A stretch of 64,000 nucleotides of DNA. Origin: Octopus sinensis. Lineage: Eukaryota. Both the position numbers and the translations under genes were made by a program. Under the pieces are notes generated by a model. That model had not been told where the DNA came from. It worked only from the letters and a program-made list of their open reading frames with translations, and ran no database searches. Position 1 is the first letter of the stretch; every line of letters starts with the position of its first letter. Where the stretch lies: positions 179,056,001 to 179,120,000 of the forward strand of contig NC_042998.1 in the NCBI RefSeq assembly GCF_006345805.1. The letters are read 5' to 3'. This document shows positions 39,111 to 51,750 of this stretch, in pieces.

Positions 39111-39878
39111 GGGGGGGGGTCTCCTCCTATTACAATGATGACGACAATGACGACGACGACTACGACAGCAACGGCAGCGATGACAACGAAGATGAACGAT
39201 GACAACGGCAAAGAAAACTACAAATAAAACAAAATATCATAGTGTTCTTAACAAGTTTATAAATTCTTAACTCTTCGAACCGCTGATAAAAAAATGGAAA
39301 ATCAAGACAAAAAAGCAAGCTTGAATAACTTAATGATATAAGCTAAGTATACTAAAATAAGCCGTCTTACTATGTATTAGAGAGCTAAAATGGTATCCAT
39401 CAGTCATTTCAGATACTTAAGCCAAACCGAACTCGACATGTGATGAAAGAAAAATTAAATAAATAAAAATAATGTATTGCAAGAGTAGCGTAGAATATAT
39501 CGATTACGAAAGTTTTGCTGACAAGACAGTAAAGTTCGATCGCATTATTTTTAAAAAATTTTATTTATTCGTTATTTATATTATTCATTTTTACCAACGC
39601 TCGTTCTTCACAACAACAATAAAACCTTGTCAATAGCTGAAATGTAGATGTGAGTTGATAACCCGAGTAACAGCAATGTTAAAAACAGCTCAGAGAGCAA
39701 AGTCAATAATACAAAGATGGTGGTGGTGGGGAGTTTGAGAGAGAAGGAGAGGGAGAGAGAGAGCGGGAGAGAGGGAGAGATGGAGAGAGAGAAACAAATT
39801 ATCGATCAGGTTAAATAAGAACACGGTAATAGAATGCACACGTACACACACATACACACACACACATATATACATATA

Positions 39879-40276
39879 TCTTTATATATAAAAGTCAAGT
39901 TGTGTGTCTGTCTCCTACGATTTAGATTCCTAACTACTCCCACATTTTGCGGTGCAGTTTAACCAAAACCGGGTATCTTATAGTCGTGATTCATATCGAG
40001 CCCTTCTGAGTATTAGCGCGCGTCTACGATGAGTCTATGATTTAAAAAAAAAGTTACCATCATTTTTTTCCCATTTTAATGCATTTTTTCGCTATTATAT
40101 AAGGGAAGTAACTCTCTAAAAATGTCTACGATGAGTCAACGATTAAAAAAAAATTCACCATAATTTTTTTCCCATTTTTAATGCATTTTTTGGCTAATTT
40201 TTGGCTATAACTCTCTAAAAATGCTTATATAGTTATTTCCCTTGCAAACCCGAGCAACGCCGGGCGATACTGCTAA
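39879..40276 (+). mobile_element. Non-autonomous Helitron, same subfamily as 6175-6555
   Basis: A|TC start, hairpin cccgagcaacgccggg, CTAA|T end. Confidence 0.85.
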
Positions 40277-40869
40277 TTTTATATATATATATATATGTAT
40301 GGGAGCCTCGGTTTTGGCTGACTAGGCCAAGACGCATCAGATAAGCCTCACCAAAGTGGTTGCATTTACTTCGGGAAATTGTGCGTTCGGCTCTGCTACA
40401 TCATTTGTTAGGGCCTCCCTTCATTTCCTTTTCTCCTCAAGGCCAATCCTGGACGTGGAAAGGGAAGACAGTTAACTATCTGTGGGAAAACTAAAAGGAT
40501 ATTTACTGCTACTGTTTTTTGAAATTTTAAAATTAAGTGAAATTTTTCAAATTTTGGTACATTGATGTATTTTCTTTCACTGAATCTGATTTTGTTATTC
40601 ACTTGTTCCAGAAAGAATTTAGGAAAATGTTACAGAGGTTTAAAGATCGATAATTTTTACCCAATCAGAAAACACGTTTTGGAAACTAATTTTCTGCTTG
40701 CTAGCTGTCTATCATAACATTACGAGGATTTTTTATTAAGCAAACTGTATGTTCAGTTTATGTTAACAATACATTTTTTGTAGCGAAAATTCAAAAACGA
40801 AAGTTTGGGATACGCTCTAGGTGTTTGTCAAACAAATTACAAATTTCCTATCTCTTGCATCTCATAAAC

Positions 40870-41560
40870 TCTCGGAGAGATACGAGTCAACCATAGAACG
40901 GTGGATCCAACAGCGTCGTTTATCCCCTCGTTTTACACACACCCATGTGATTTTTCCCGCTTGTTTGCGAGTGGGTGCCATTTCGCCCGGTGTGCTAACT
41001 CAATGCTATGGTTCACTGTTCTATGTTGAAAATTATAACCATCAATTTCAGGATTGTGAGAGTGAGCCCTCCACAAGCCACTGAAAATTGTAGTTCCAGG
41101 AAGAACCGACTGACAAACGCATTCCTCTGGTGTGTGTCCCGATTCCGACATGGTAGCGTATAAGAAAAAAAAATAATGTCTGGTCTCGCAACACACTCCT
41201 TCGAAAACCCAATGCTCAGGTAGCACTCTTACTTGGTTGTATTTACGTATTGAGAAAACTGTTTCGTCTATCTCTACAATATTCCCAAGGGCAGCTTATC
41301 TAAACCGGATTGCAGAGTAGGTTCTCCGCATATATTCCACGAGCATAGCTGTTGATTACAACAGCTACGTAATCAAAAGGCTCACCCCCAGTTCTTCAAC
41401 GTAAAACCGGCTTCAAGTCAATTCCTTGACTCATGAAGAAAGGAAAAGCAATACAGTCCTAAGAGGAAGGGTGCCACCTCCTAACCATGTATCTTTTCTG
41501 ACAGACACACACGTGTTGCATCTTTTTTCAGGAGCATCGCCAGTATATTTTCTCGTGAAG
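40870..41560 (-). pseudogene. Merlin (IS1595-like) DNA transposase fossil
   Basis: CVSVRKDTWLGGGTLPL...GNIVEIDETVFSIRKYNQVRVLPEHWVFEGVCCETR...VLPGTTIFSGLWRAH...YNFQHRTVNHS...GTHSQ...HRSMVDSYL, an ISXO2-type DDE pattern. Confidence 0.85.
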
Positions 41561-41714
41561 CATCTTCTTCTTCATATAGTGTCTTTTTGCATATAATTTT
41601 TTTTCCTTTTAGGGGTAAAACCCTTCTCTTGCAGATAAAATCTACATCATCCTTGGTTTTCGATTTCTCCATCATATTCAAAAGGTTAAATGAGTTAGCT
41701 GCAGTCATACTTCT

Positions 41715-41935
41715 TATTTCTTTATTGCCCACAAGGGAGGAAATAGAGAGGACAAACAAGGTCAGACAAACGGATTAAGTCGATTACCCCGTATCTGGTA
41801 CTTTAATTTATCGACCCCGAAAGGATGAAAGGCAAAGTTGACCTCGGCGGAATTAGAACTCAGAACGTAACAGCAGACGAAATACGGCTACGCGTTTCGC
41901 CCGGTGTGCTAACGTTTCTGCCAGCTCACCGCCTC
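41715..41935 (-). mobile_element. SINE family B
   Basis: Head ggcggtgagctggcagaaacgttagc on the minus strand; gtcatacttct repeated on both flanks (possible TSD). Confidence 0.85.
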
Positions 41936-42951
41936 CACCTCACTGTGGTCATACTTCTATTTAGGTTGAAAGGGTCCAGGAAAACTCGCAGTTCAAAATT
42001 ATGAAAATGAGATAGTGAAAAGACAACAACCGAAAATATCCGTTTCTCAAAAAGCACAACTGAAAATGGCAAAAATGAGGTGGAACAAACGTTCAGTAAA
42101 TAGGCACTCGTTAAAGAAAATACACGTGGTCGTTGTAGTTTTAATCAGACAATAGCTTGGTTTGTAACTATGGAAACAAGCACCAATGTGCCTGCGGCTT
42201 TCGATTGGCTAAAATTATCTAAAATTTGCAAACTTTGAAAGCTATCAACTTTCTATTCATAGATTTATGACAAATATGATTTTTATTTACCTAATTAGCT
42301 TCAGTACACCAAATTTAAAACAAATGGAGCAAAATTAAAAAAAAATATATATATTGAAAACTCTGACAGCAACTGAAATGATCCATGAAATGTTATTCAT
42401 CATAGTCACTGCAAATACTTAACTAAGCCAAAATCGATATGTGGCAAGAAAAAAGAAAAGAAAAAAAAAGAGAAAGAGAAAGCCAAGAACACTTCATTTA
42501 TACAAGATTTATCAAGAGACGCGTAGAAACATATCTCTTGCTAAGATTTTGCTGACAAGACAGCGGAGTTCGAGCATCATATTATATTTTATTATTTATT
42601 TACTTACTTCTTTTTTTTTTTATCAACGGACGTTCTTTATAGCAGAGCTTACTTTATCCTTGTCAGTTGTTAAAATGTTGATATTTGTCGATAACCCAGG
42701 TAGCAGCAAAGTTAAAGACACCACCGAAAGCAATAACAGCAAGTCAATACATACATACATACATACATGCATACATACATACATACATACATACACATAT
42801 ACATACATACATACATACATACATACATACATACATACATACATACAGACATTCATGCATACATACATATATACATACATACTTGCATGCACGCATGCAC
42901 TCACACACGCACGCATGCACTCACACACGCATACATACATATATGCATACA

Positions 42952-42984
<33 letters not shown>

Positions 42985-43519
42985 GCATACATACATATAT
43001 GCATACATACATATATGCATACATACATACATACATACATACAAACATAAACACGCACGCATACATACGAACGCACACATACATACACGCGTGCGCACAC
43101 AGAGGCCTGACTGTTTTTCCGAGATCTTGGTGAAGAATACTACAAACAGGTACATGGGAATAAATGAATATATTTTCTGATAGAACCTACAAGAATGAGT
43201 GTGTAATCAAGGAACTTTCGGTATGTAATAATTACCATTCTTGTCAATACCATTCTTGACAATCCTTAGTCCACAAAACCAGAACAGACCCCCCCCCATA
43301 TTTGAAGATTGCATGTGAAGATTACATCCACACATGCAACATCATCTGTGCCTGCGCCCATGGGTATATATACACATATACACATACATTTGTGTATGCA
43401 TACAGATGAAGTTTATAGGTGCGCATGCATAAACACACACGCTTATACACATACATGAATGCATACATGTATTCGTGCATACATACATGCATAATGTGAC
43501 CACGTGTGTACCGTTGGCG

Positions 43520-43804
<285 letters not shown>

Positions 43805-43829
43805 CACCTATACATATACATTGGAATGA

Positions 43830-44460
43830 GCATTCGTGACCTACAAGATCTGCTACCTCCAGTACTCCAATTCAGTTCTCGCCAATCACAGTTTTCTTCT
43901 GTTTTGGGTAGCCACCTTAACCCTGATGGACAAACGGGATAAACCATTTACTGTCACCCTTTTGTGGTTTCTTGTCACCGTTGATTGGTTTCATCTGCTT
44001 CCTGGTGGCACATTAGAGAATTTTGAGGAATTCATTGTGCATCCCTGTATGCCTTTCCACTGCCATTGAGCAATTAGATAGAATATGCTTTAGCATGCCA
44101 ACTTCTCCGCATTTACATTTGTCGTCATTCGCTATCTTCCATCTCATCAGATTGCATGCAGATGATAGTATATCATACGTCGATTGAAGAAGGAAATCCA
44201 ACCGCGATGTGCTCCACCTCCAGATCTCATACCGACCAACCTTACGTTCAAAAAAATTTACTTCCCATTTGGTTATCTGACCTTGTTGAGGACATCAAAT
44301 CAAATGCAGTCCCCATTCTTCTGCTCCTCTCGTTTTAGCATAGCTACTAGCGGCGGCTCTGCGCTCCCTCTGTGTCATCGTCGACAATGGTTTAAATGGA
44401 TTGCAACCAATCCCCTTCTGGTCACTTTGAATTGTTCCCGTTATATCTCGGTGTTCTAGT
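43830..44460 (-). pseudogene. HERO/NeSL-like (R2 group) non-LTR fragment
   Basis: QQGQITKWE...SRLDFLLQSTYDILSSACNLMRWKIANDDKCKCGEVGMLKHILSNC...HNEFLKIL (CCHC knuckle region). Confidence 0.75.
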
Positions 44461-44618
44461 GATGGGATTAGCGAACACACACATGTACATTCATACATGT
44501 ACATAAATACTTACAAACACACACACACATACAGTACAGTAAAAGAGTGAGTGTGTGGCAGAGAGTAAATTATCTATCAGGTACAAATAAAGCATACTTT
44601 AATAAAACGAACACACAC

Positions 44619-44720
<102 letters not shown>

Positions 44721-44739
44721 CATATACCACACACACACT

Positions 44740-45125
44740 TACAGGGTAGTTGGATTAAATCTGGCGATTTTTTGTGTCTCCTTTTTTAGGAACAGCTTGA
44801 AGTATTGGTGAACATTCAACGGTGGTGGAGAGCATGAAGTTTGAAGTTGTAGTTGAGAAAGAAGTTAGCTGACATGGTGGACTGGGATCCATCTGAATAT
44901 TGGAAAACGGTTACCTGTATAACAATGCCGATAGCATGACCACAGCTCAATGCTCTGCGAACACTGTAAAGGCTATAAGGCGTGACATGGACACTATGAA
45001 AACCAAGTTCCCTCAGACTGCGATGGTCTTCTGGTGTGTCTTCAGTGAAGGTGACGTCATATGGCTCCACATCTTGGAACAAAACTTTAGGATCAATTCA
45101 GACGGCTATGTTAAGCTGCTGGTCA
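44740..45125 (+). pseudogene. Tc1/mariner (DD37D/maT-like) transposase fragment
   Basis: TA-flanked cagggtagttggattaaatc start; KTKFPQTAMVFWCVFSEGDVIWLHILEQNFRINSDGYVKLL. Confidence 0.7.
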
Positions 45126-45596
45126 ATCCTGACTGGAGAGGGTTGCTGCTGGAAGGCCATATGTGTAGCAGTAGGATGCGTTTGCACCCGGATAAAACGC
45201 TTAGCAGTATTTCGTCTAGCTTTTCGTCCTGAGTTCAAATTCTGCCGAGGTCGACCTTAACCCTCGTTCATTTCGCGATCGATAAAACAAGTACCAGGCA
45301 AATACTGGAACCGAGGTAATCGACCAATCGCCTCTCTAGGTCTTGTGCCTACATCAGAAATGATTATAACTATCAACAACAGAAACAACTATGTTCTCTA
45401 CCGACTTTTCATTATCATTTTCCTTTCCACTTGTTTGAAGCAAGGGTTGAGCTTCTATGTGATAAGCACTATGAGCATAGAAAAAAAAATTCAACTCAAA
45501 GAAGAGGAAATTAAAGTTCTCGGACGCAAGGAATAGCTGCCAATATCAACGATAAACACACATATCACATATATACATGCCATGCATATATATATA

Positions 45597-45862
45597 TATA
45601 ATTTAGAGAAAAAACTCTATTAAACAATTCAATAAAGAAAGATGTTATTCACACCATATAGAAAACATATACTATAATTAAACAAAAACAACCTTATTCT
45701 AAAAATCAATAAAGTGCAATAAAGAGTAAATAGTAAATATTATCTATTGTACTTTATTGATTTTTAGAAAAAGGTTTTTTTTATAGCATATCTTTTCTAT
45801 ATGGTGTGAATGACATCATTATTTATTGAATTGTTTAATAGAATTTTTTTCTCTAAATTATA
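45597..45862. repeat. AT-rich fold-back element, ~120 bp arms and ~25 bp spacer, flanked by (TA)n
   Basis: ataatttagagaaaaaactctattaaacaattcaataaa...ttcacaccatatagaaaa versus ttttctatatggtgtgaa...tttattgaattgtttaatagaatttttttctctaaattat. Confidence 0.9.
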
Positions 45863-45940
45863 TACATATATTATATATTGTGAAATTTGATTTAAAATTA
45901 AATTGAATTTTTCCCTGTAAGTTTTAGAATTATATTTCCT

Positions 45941-45984
<44 letters not shown>

Positions 45985-45989
45985 TATTA

Positions 45990-46058
<69 letters not shown>

Positions 46059-46069
46059 TATTATTATTA

Positions 46070-46565
46070 TAGTGATAGAGCAGTGCATGCCATCAAAGTG
46101 ACACTGGGGTAAAATATACGAAGCCCAGTATACCCATCATGACTTACCCGTCTGATAAGGGTACACCAGGCACATGCATCACAACCATATGTGCGCGACA
46201 TGTTGATCTCATATCAAGATAAACAGCGCATGACCTTGCAGGTGGGGCCCAGTTAGAATTTTCTTCTGGTCGAGTAACCCATCGCGCTCAAAAGGTCCCT
46301 GGATAAGGATTGTTTAAGGATGTTAAATGAACCACCCATTTTTCCAAAGGTGAACTATCCAAACCTCTAAGAATTCCTCTCAACATATGGCTATGATGCT
46401 TCCCCACTACTTCTGCTCGTGATCAGATATGCACATATCGTCAGCCATCAAGGGACATTCTCAACTGGTTAAGGTCAAACAACAGACAAGCAAATCTATG
46501 GTATTGAGCAGAATATTTGCTGTAGCCCATCTTTTATACCAAGACAAAACAATGTACATGATAAT
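46070..46565 (-). repeat. Unclassified ~500 bp family D with (AAT)n-type tail
   Basis: Near-full match to 53990-54490; both copies abut (ATT/ATC)n microsatellites at the same end. Confidence 0.85.
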
Positions 46566-46620
46566 ATTATTATTATAATAATAATAATAATATAATAATA
46601 ATAATAATATAATAATAATA

Positions 46621-46652
<32 letters not shown>

Positions 46653-46660
46653 TAATAATA

Positions 46661-46698
<38 letters not shown>

Positions 46699-46782
46699 GC
46701 CCTAATGCAGTACCAGACAGTAGCTCTCATGGCTTCTGATCTTAACTGATTGGAAGTATTATCATGTACATACGTATATACA

Positions 46783-46876
<94 letters not shown>

Positions 46877-47649
46877 TGCATGTATATACGTATGTAAACT
46901 CTTCAGTCAATAAAAAAAAATGCAAATAACATAAAGCTTTCGTAACTGATTAGATTTGCATATTTGCATCCGGTTTCTTTCAATTGCCATTTGTTTTAAT
47001 AACTTAATTGTTGCATTGTCTTCTTGATTATTGTCCTATTGTCACATTGTTGCTTTTTTATTGGTCAATTCGTCGTTTGTTTTATTTTTATTGCTTAATT
47101 ATTATATCCGGTTTCTCAAAATTGTTATTCTCTTAATGTCTGTATTGACTCTGCGAATTCTATTTGGTGTCGCCAAATTTTATTACATTGCAATTGGGCT
47201 CTCTTTCGTTTATTGTATCAGGTATTTTTTAAATACGGTCGAACAATGATGTTGATGATCTCTAAATTGTCTCTCTTTTATTGGTCAAGTCATCGGTCAC
47301 AATTTTTCCTAACTGGTTTAAAATATTGTTCTTTTTCTTTCTTTCTTTCTTTCTTTCTATATGTATGTATGTATGTATGTACGTATGTATGTATGTATGT
47401 ATGTATGCATGCATGTATGTATGTATGTATGTATGTATGTATGTATGTATGTATGTATGTACGTCCGTACGTACGTACGTATGTATGTATGTATGTATGT
47501 ATGTATGTATGTATGTATGTATGTATGTATGTATGTATGTATGTATATATGTATGCATGCATGCATGCATGTATGTATGTATGTAAATATGTATGTATGC
47601 ATGTATATATGAATGTATCTATATATGTATATTTCTATGTGAGCGTCTC

Positions 47650-47825
47650 TATGTGTTTTCTCCTACCACCACTTGACAACGGTGTCCGTTTGTTTATGTA
47701 CCCGTAACTTAGCTGTTCGGCAAAAAGAAACCGATGGAATAAGTACTGAGGTCGATTTGCTCGACTAAACCCTTCAAGGCAGTACCCCTCCATGACAGTC
47801 CAATGACTGAAACAAGTAAAAGAAA
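47650..47825 (+). mobile_element. SINE family A, 3' half
   Basis: cacttgacaacggtgtc...gtccaatgactgaaacaagtaaaag. Confidence 0.75.
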
Positions 47826-48169
47826 AAATATATATATATATATACGTAACTATATCTCGTGAGCTTCCAAATCTTAAACAGGTCTAAAAACGAAATTTGT
47901 TCAATCAGAAATAGTATGTAATAGGATACAAAGAAGACATTATCAAAAAACAGTTCATTAGAATATTCCAGCAATTAAAAGTTAAAATAACAAGAACCGA
48001 TCCAAGGAAAGATTACTTCTAACATTAATATGAACCTACACAACGGTAAAACCTACATTAATAAAAACTCCAATCGTCCACTCTTATTTATTAATTGATT
48101 CATTTGTGACGCTGGTCGATATATCTGTAACCTGCCCTTAGATAAGTCCATATTAGACAAAGTTAAAAA

Positions 48170-48461
48170 AAGCCCTCAATGTTGGTTTCCTTGTCCTGTT
48201 TTTATTCTTTAAATGTACTGTATTTGTATTGCTTTTACGTCCTGTTCTTGTCATTTTTTTCTTTCCTTGTTTTACCCTTCTGCAAAAGAATTTTATTTAA
48301 ATCATTTTTCCAGGAAGGACTGCTTCGGCCGGATCGTGTTCTGCCCTTACCTTCGAAACACGCATTAAATCGAACCAGGGGCAGCTGAAAAGTCCGTTTA
48401 CTTGTTTGTTTTTATGTTTTCGTTTCTCGTTGTGTTCTACGTTTATTTGTGGTGTCCTGTA

Positions 48462-48513
<52 letters not shown>

Positions 48514-48560
48514 TGTATATATACATATAGATGTAGGTGTGTACATATATGTATGTATGT
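48170..48560 (+). repeat. Family E copy
   Basis: Homologous to 22620-22810 and 29640-30050; ends in (TA)n-gcatgtatatatacatatagatgtagg. Confidence 0.75.
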
Positions 48561-48672
48561 ATGCATATGTTTTATTTGTTAAATTGTTATTATATATATA
48601 TATATAATTTTTTTCGTAATGAGATAAAAAAAACCAAGGCTGTGTAGATTTTAGATCATTTATAGGTAGAAG

Positions 48673-48720
48673 GCCTTACAGCTGTTTCCGGGATATTTAT
48701 TATATCCTTTCATCGGAGAC
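48673..48720 (-). ncRNA. Minimal hammerhead-like motif, same family as 23185-23240
   Basis: Minus strand: GTCT-CCGATGA-aaGGATAT(aataa)ATATCCcg-GAAA-CAGCTG-TA-AGGC. Helix I retained through a G-U wobble. Confidence 0.65.
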
Positions 48721-49189
48721 AGTGTGAGAGGATGATTAAGTAATAGTTAATTTAGATAAGATACAAAATAGAGAGTGAGGTGGCGGAGGAATATATCATA
48801 TATATATATATATATATATATATGGCTGCACTAGGTGTAATCTACTCAAAGAAAAAGAACGATTATCTATTCACATAAGTTGTCTCCCTTTAAATCAATG
48901 GAATTTAGTTTTTACTTTTGCATTATTCTGCTCTCATTGCACAAGGTCTTGTGTCCTCGTTAACTAATTTAATGATCAGTGCACTTTCGGTTCAGTAAAA
49001 TTTGAAAGCATCCCGCGTTAGCCAGAGACAGAACATCGTCAACATATCACAAATGGGAAATCAATGGACAAAACTTCTGACATGTTTTCGCTGCCGTCGA
49101 TGCTGATACTATTGTTGTTACCAAACATGTTAGCTGCAGTGTTGTGCTTTTTAAATATTTTTATGGAAATGTAATTACTCTTTTACTCA

Positions 49190-49417
49190 TTTACTCTCTT
49201 ACTTGTTTCAGTCATTTGACTGTGGCCATGCTGGAGCACCGCCTTTAGTCGAGAAAATCGATCCTAGGACTTATTCTTTGGAAGCCTAGTACTTATTCTA
49301 TCGGTCTCTTTTGCCGAACCGCTTAGTTACGGGGACGTAAACACACCAGCATCGGTTGTCAAGCGATGTTGGGGTGGGGAACACAACACACAAACATATA
49401 CACACACATACATACGT

Positions 49418-49457
<40 letters not shown>

Positions 49458-49630
49458 TCATATATACGACGGTCTTCTTTCAGTTTCCGTCTACCAAATC
49501 CACTCACAAGGCTTTGGTCGGCCCGAGTCTATAGTAGAAGACACTCGCCCAAGGAGCCACGCAGTGGGACTGAATTCGGAACCATGTGGTTCGCAAGCAA
49601 GCTACTTACCATACAGCCACTCCTACGCCT
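49190..49630 (-). mobile_element. SINE family A, full length
   Basis: Reverse complement of the family A consensus, with internal (TA)n(TG)n. Confidence 0.88.
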
Positions 49631-49964
49631 ATATAATCGTTTTAAATATTTTTAAACATTTGTTTATTTTTGGGATTGCTCATTAATATTTTTTGTTGTC
49701 GTTTTTGGAAGCTATTTTGGCTTCTCATTTACGCTATTTATTTGGGAATGCTATTCATTTAGGAGGCGATCCTCCAAAATGAGAAATCATTTTTACTCTA
49801 CTACTAAACCGTACGAAAACGATAGACGTATTTATAAAAAGCGATTAAGGTACTTAACCAAGTATGGGGTAAACTCTGCCGAACACTCAATGTCCAAAAC
49901 AAAAAAGAAATTTTTGTAGTTACGGCTGCAGTATGTTGAAAATAATAATAATTATAATAATAAT

Positions 49965-50656
<692 letters not shown>

Positions 50657-50743
50657 TAGTAGTAGTAGTAGTAGTAGTAGCAGCAGCAGCAGTAGTAATA
50701 ATCTGTGGGCAAAACGGTGAAACCGTATGGCATATTACCAGTC

Positions 50744-51340
50744 AATGTCCACCACTAGCCCAGAAGGAATATAAGAGACGCCACGACAATATAACCAGGC
50801 TTGTCCTTTGGACACTTTGCAACAAGTATGAACTTGACAGAGCAAAAAATTGGTACGACCACAAACCTGAAGGCATTGTCGAAAATAAAAGTGCAAAAAT
50901 CCTATGGGATTTTATGATTCAGTGCGACTATGAGATTGAGAATAGGAAGCCGGACATAGTCTTAATTGAGAAAGAAAACAAACTATGCTGGATCATAGAC
51001 ATAGCATGCCCAGCTGACAACAAGACATGCGATAAGGAAGAAAGAAAAGTCGAGAGATATGACAGGTTAGCTTGGGAAGTTAAGCAGTTGTGGTCGATGA
51101 AAAAGGTAGCAGTAGTACCAATAATCGTCGGATCCCTGGGAACGGTGAGCAAAAATCTCGAGAAGTACGTGGAATAAATAGGGGCTGCAATAAGGGTAGA
51201 GCACTCACAGAAAACAGCACTGCTTGGAACCGCTCGAATACTCCGGAAGGTGCTCGAAAAATAAGAGGTGTTACCTTAGTTCACTGGTAGGGGACAGCTG
51301 ACACTGTAGTACATCTCCAGCGTTGGAAGTTGTGAAAGGC

Positions 51341-51345
<5 letters not shown>
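50744..51345 (+). pseudogene. R4/Dong non-LTR 3' end (zinc knuckle, PD..D endonuclease, 3' UTR, (AAT)n tail), well preserved
   Basis: QCPPLAQKEYKRRHDNITRLVLWTLCNKYELDRAKNWYDHKPEGIVENKSAKILWDFMIQCDYEIENRKPDIVLIEK...IIDIACP...LQKTALLGTARILRKVLEK*-like ending (one internal stop). Confidence 0.92.
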
Positions 51346-51391
<46 letters not shown>

Positions 51392-51688
51392 GGTTTCAAC
51401 TTTTGACACATGACCAGTAGCTTTGGGGGAGGGGATGAGTCGTATACATCGACCCCACTACTCAGCTGGAACTTGTTTTATCGACTCCGAAAGGATGAAA
51501 GGTAAAGTTGATCTCGGTAGCATTTGAGATCGGAATGTAAAGACAGACGAAATGCCGTTTAGCATTTTGTCCTGCGTGCTAACAATTTATTGCTACACCA
51601 TCTTAATAATGATGATGATGATGATAATAATAATAATAATACTAATACTACTAATGATAATGATAATAATGATAATAATAATAATAAT

Positions 51689-51749
<61 letters not shown>

Positions 51750-51750
<1 letters not shown>

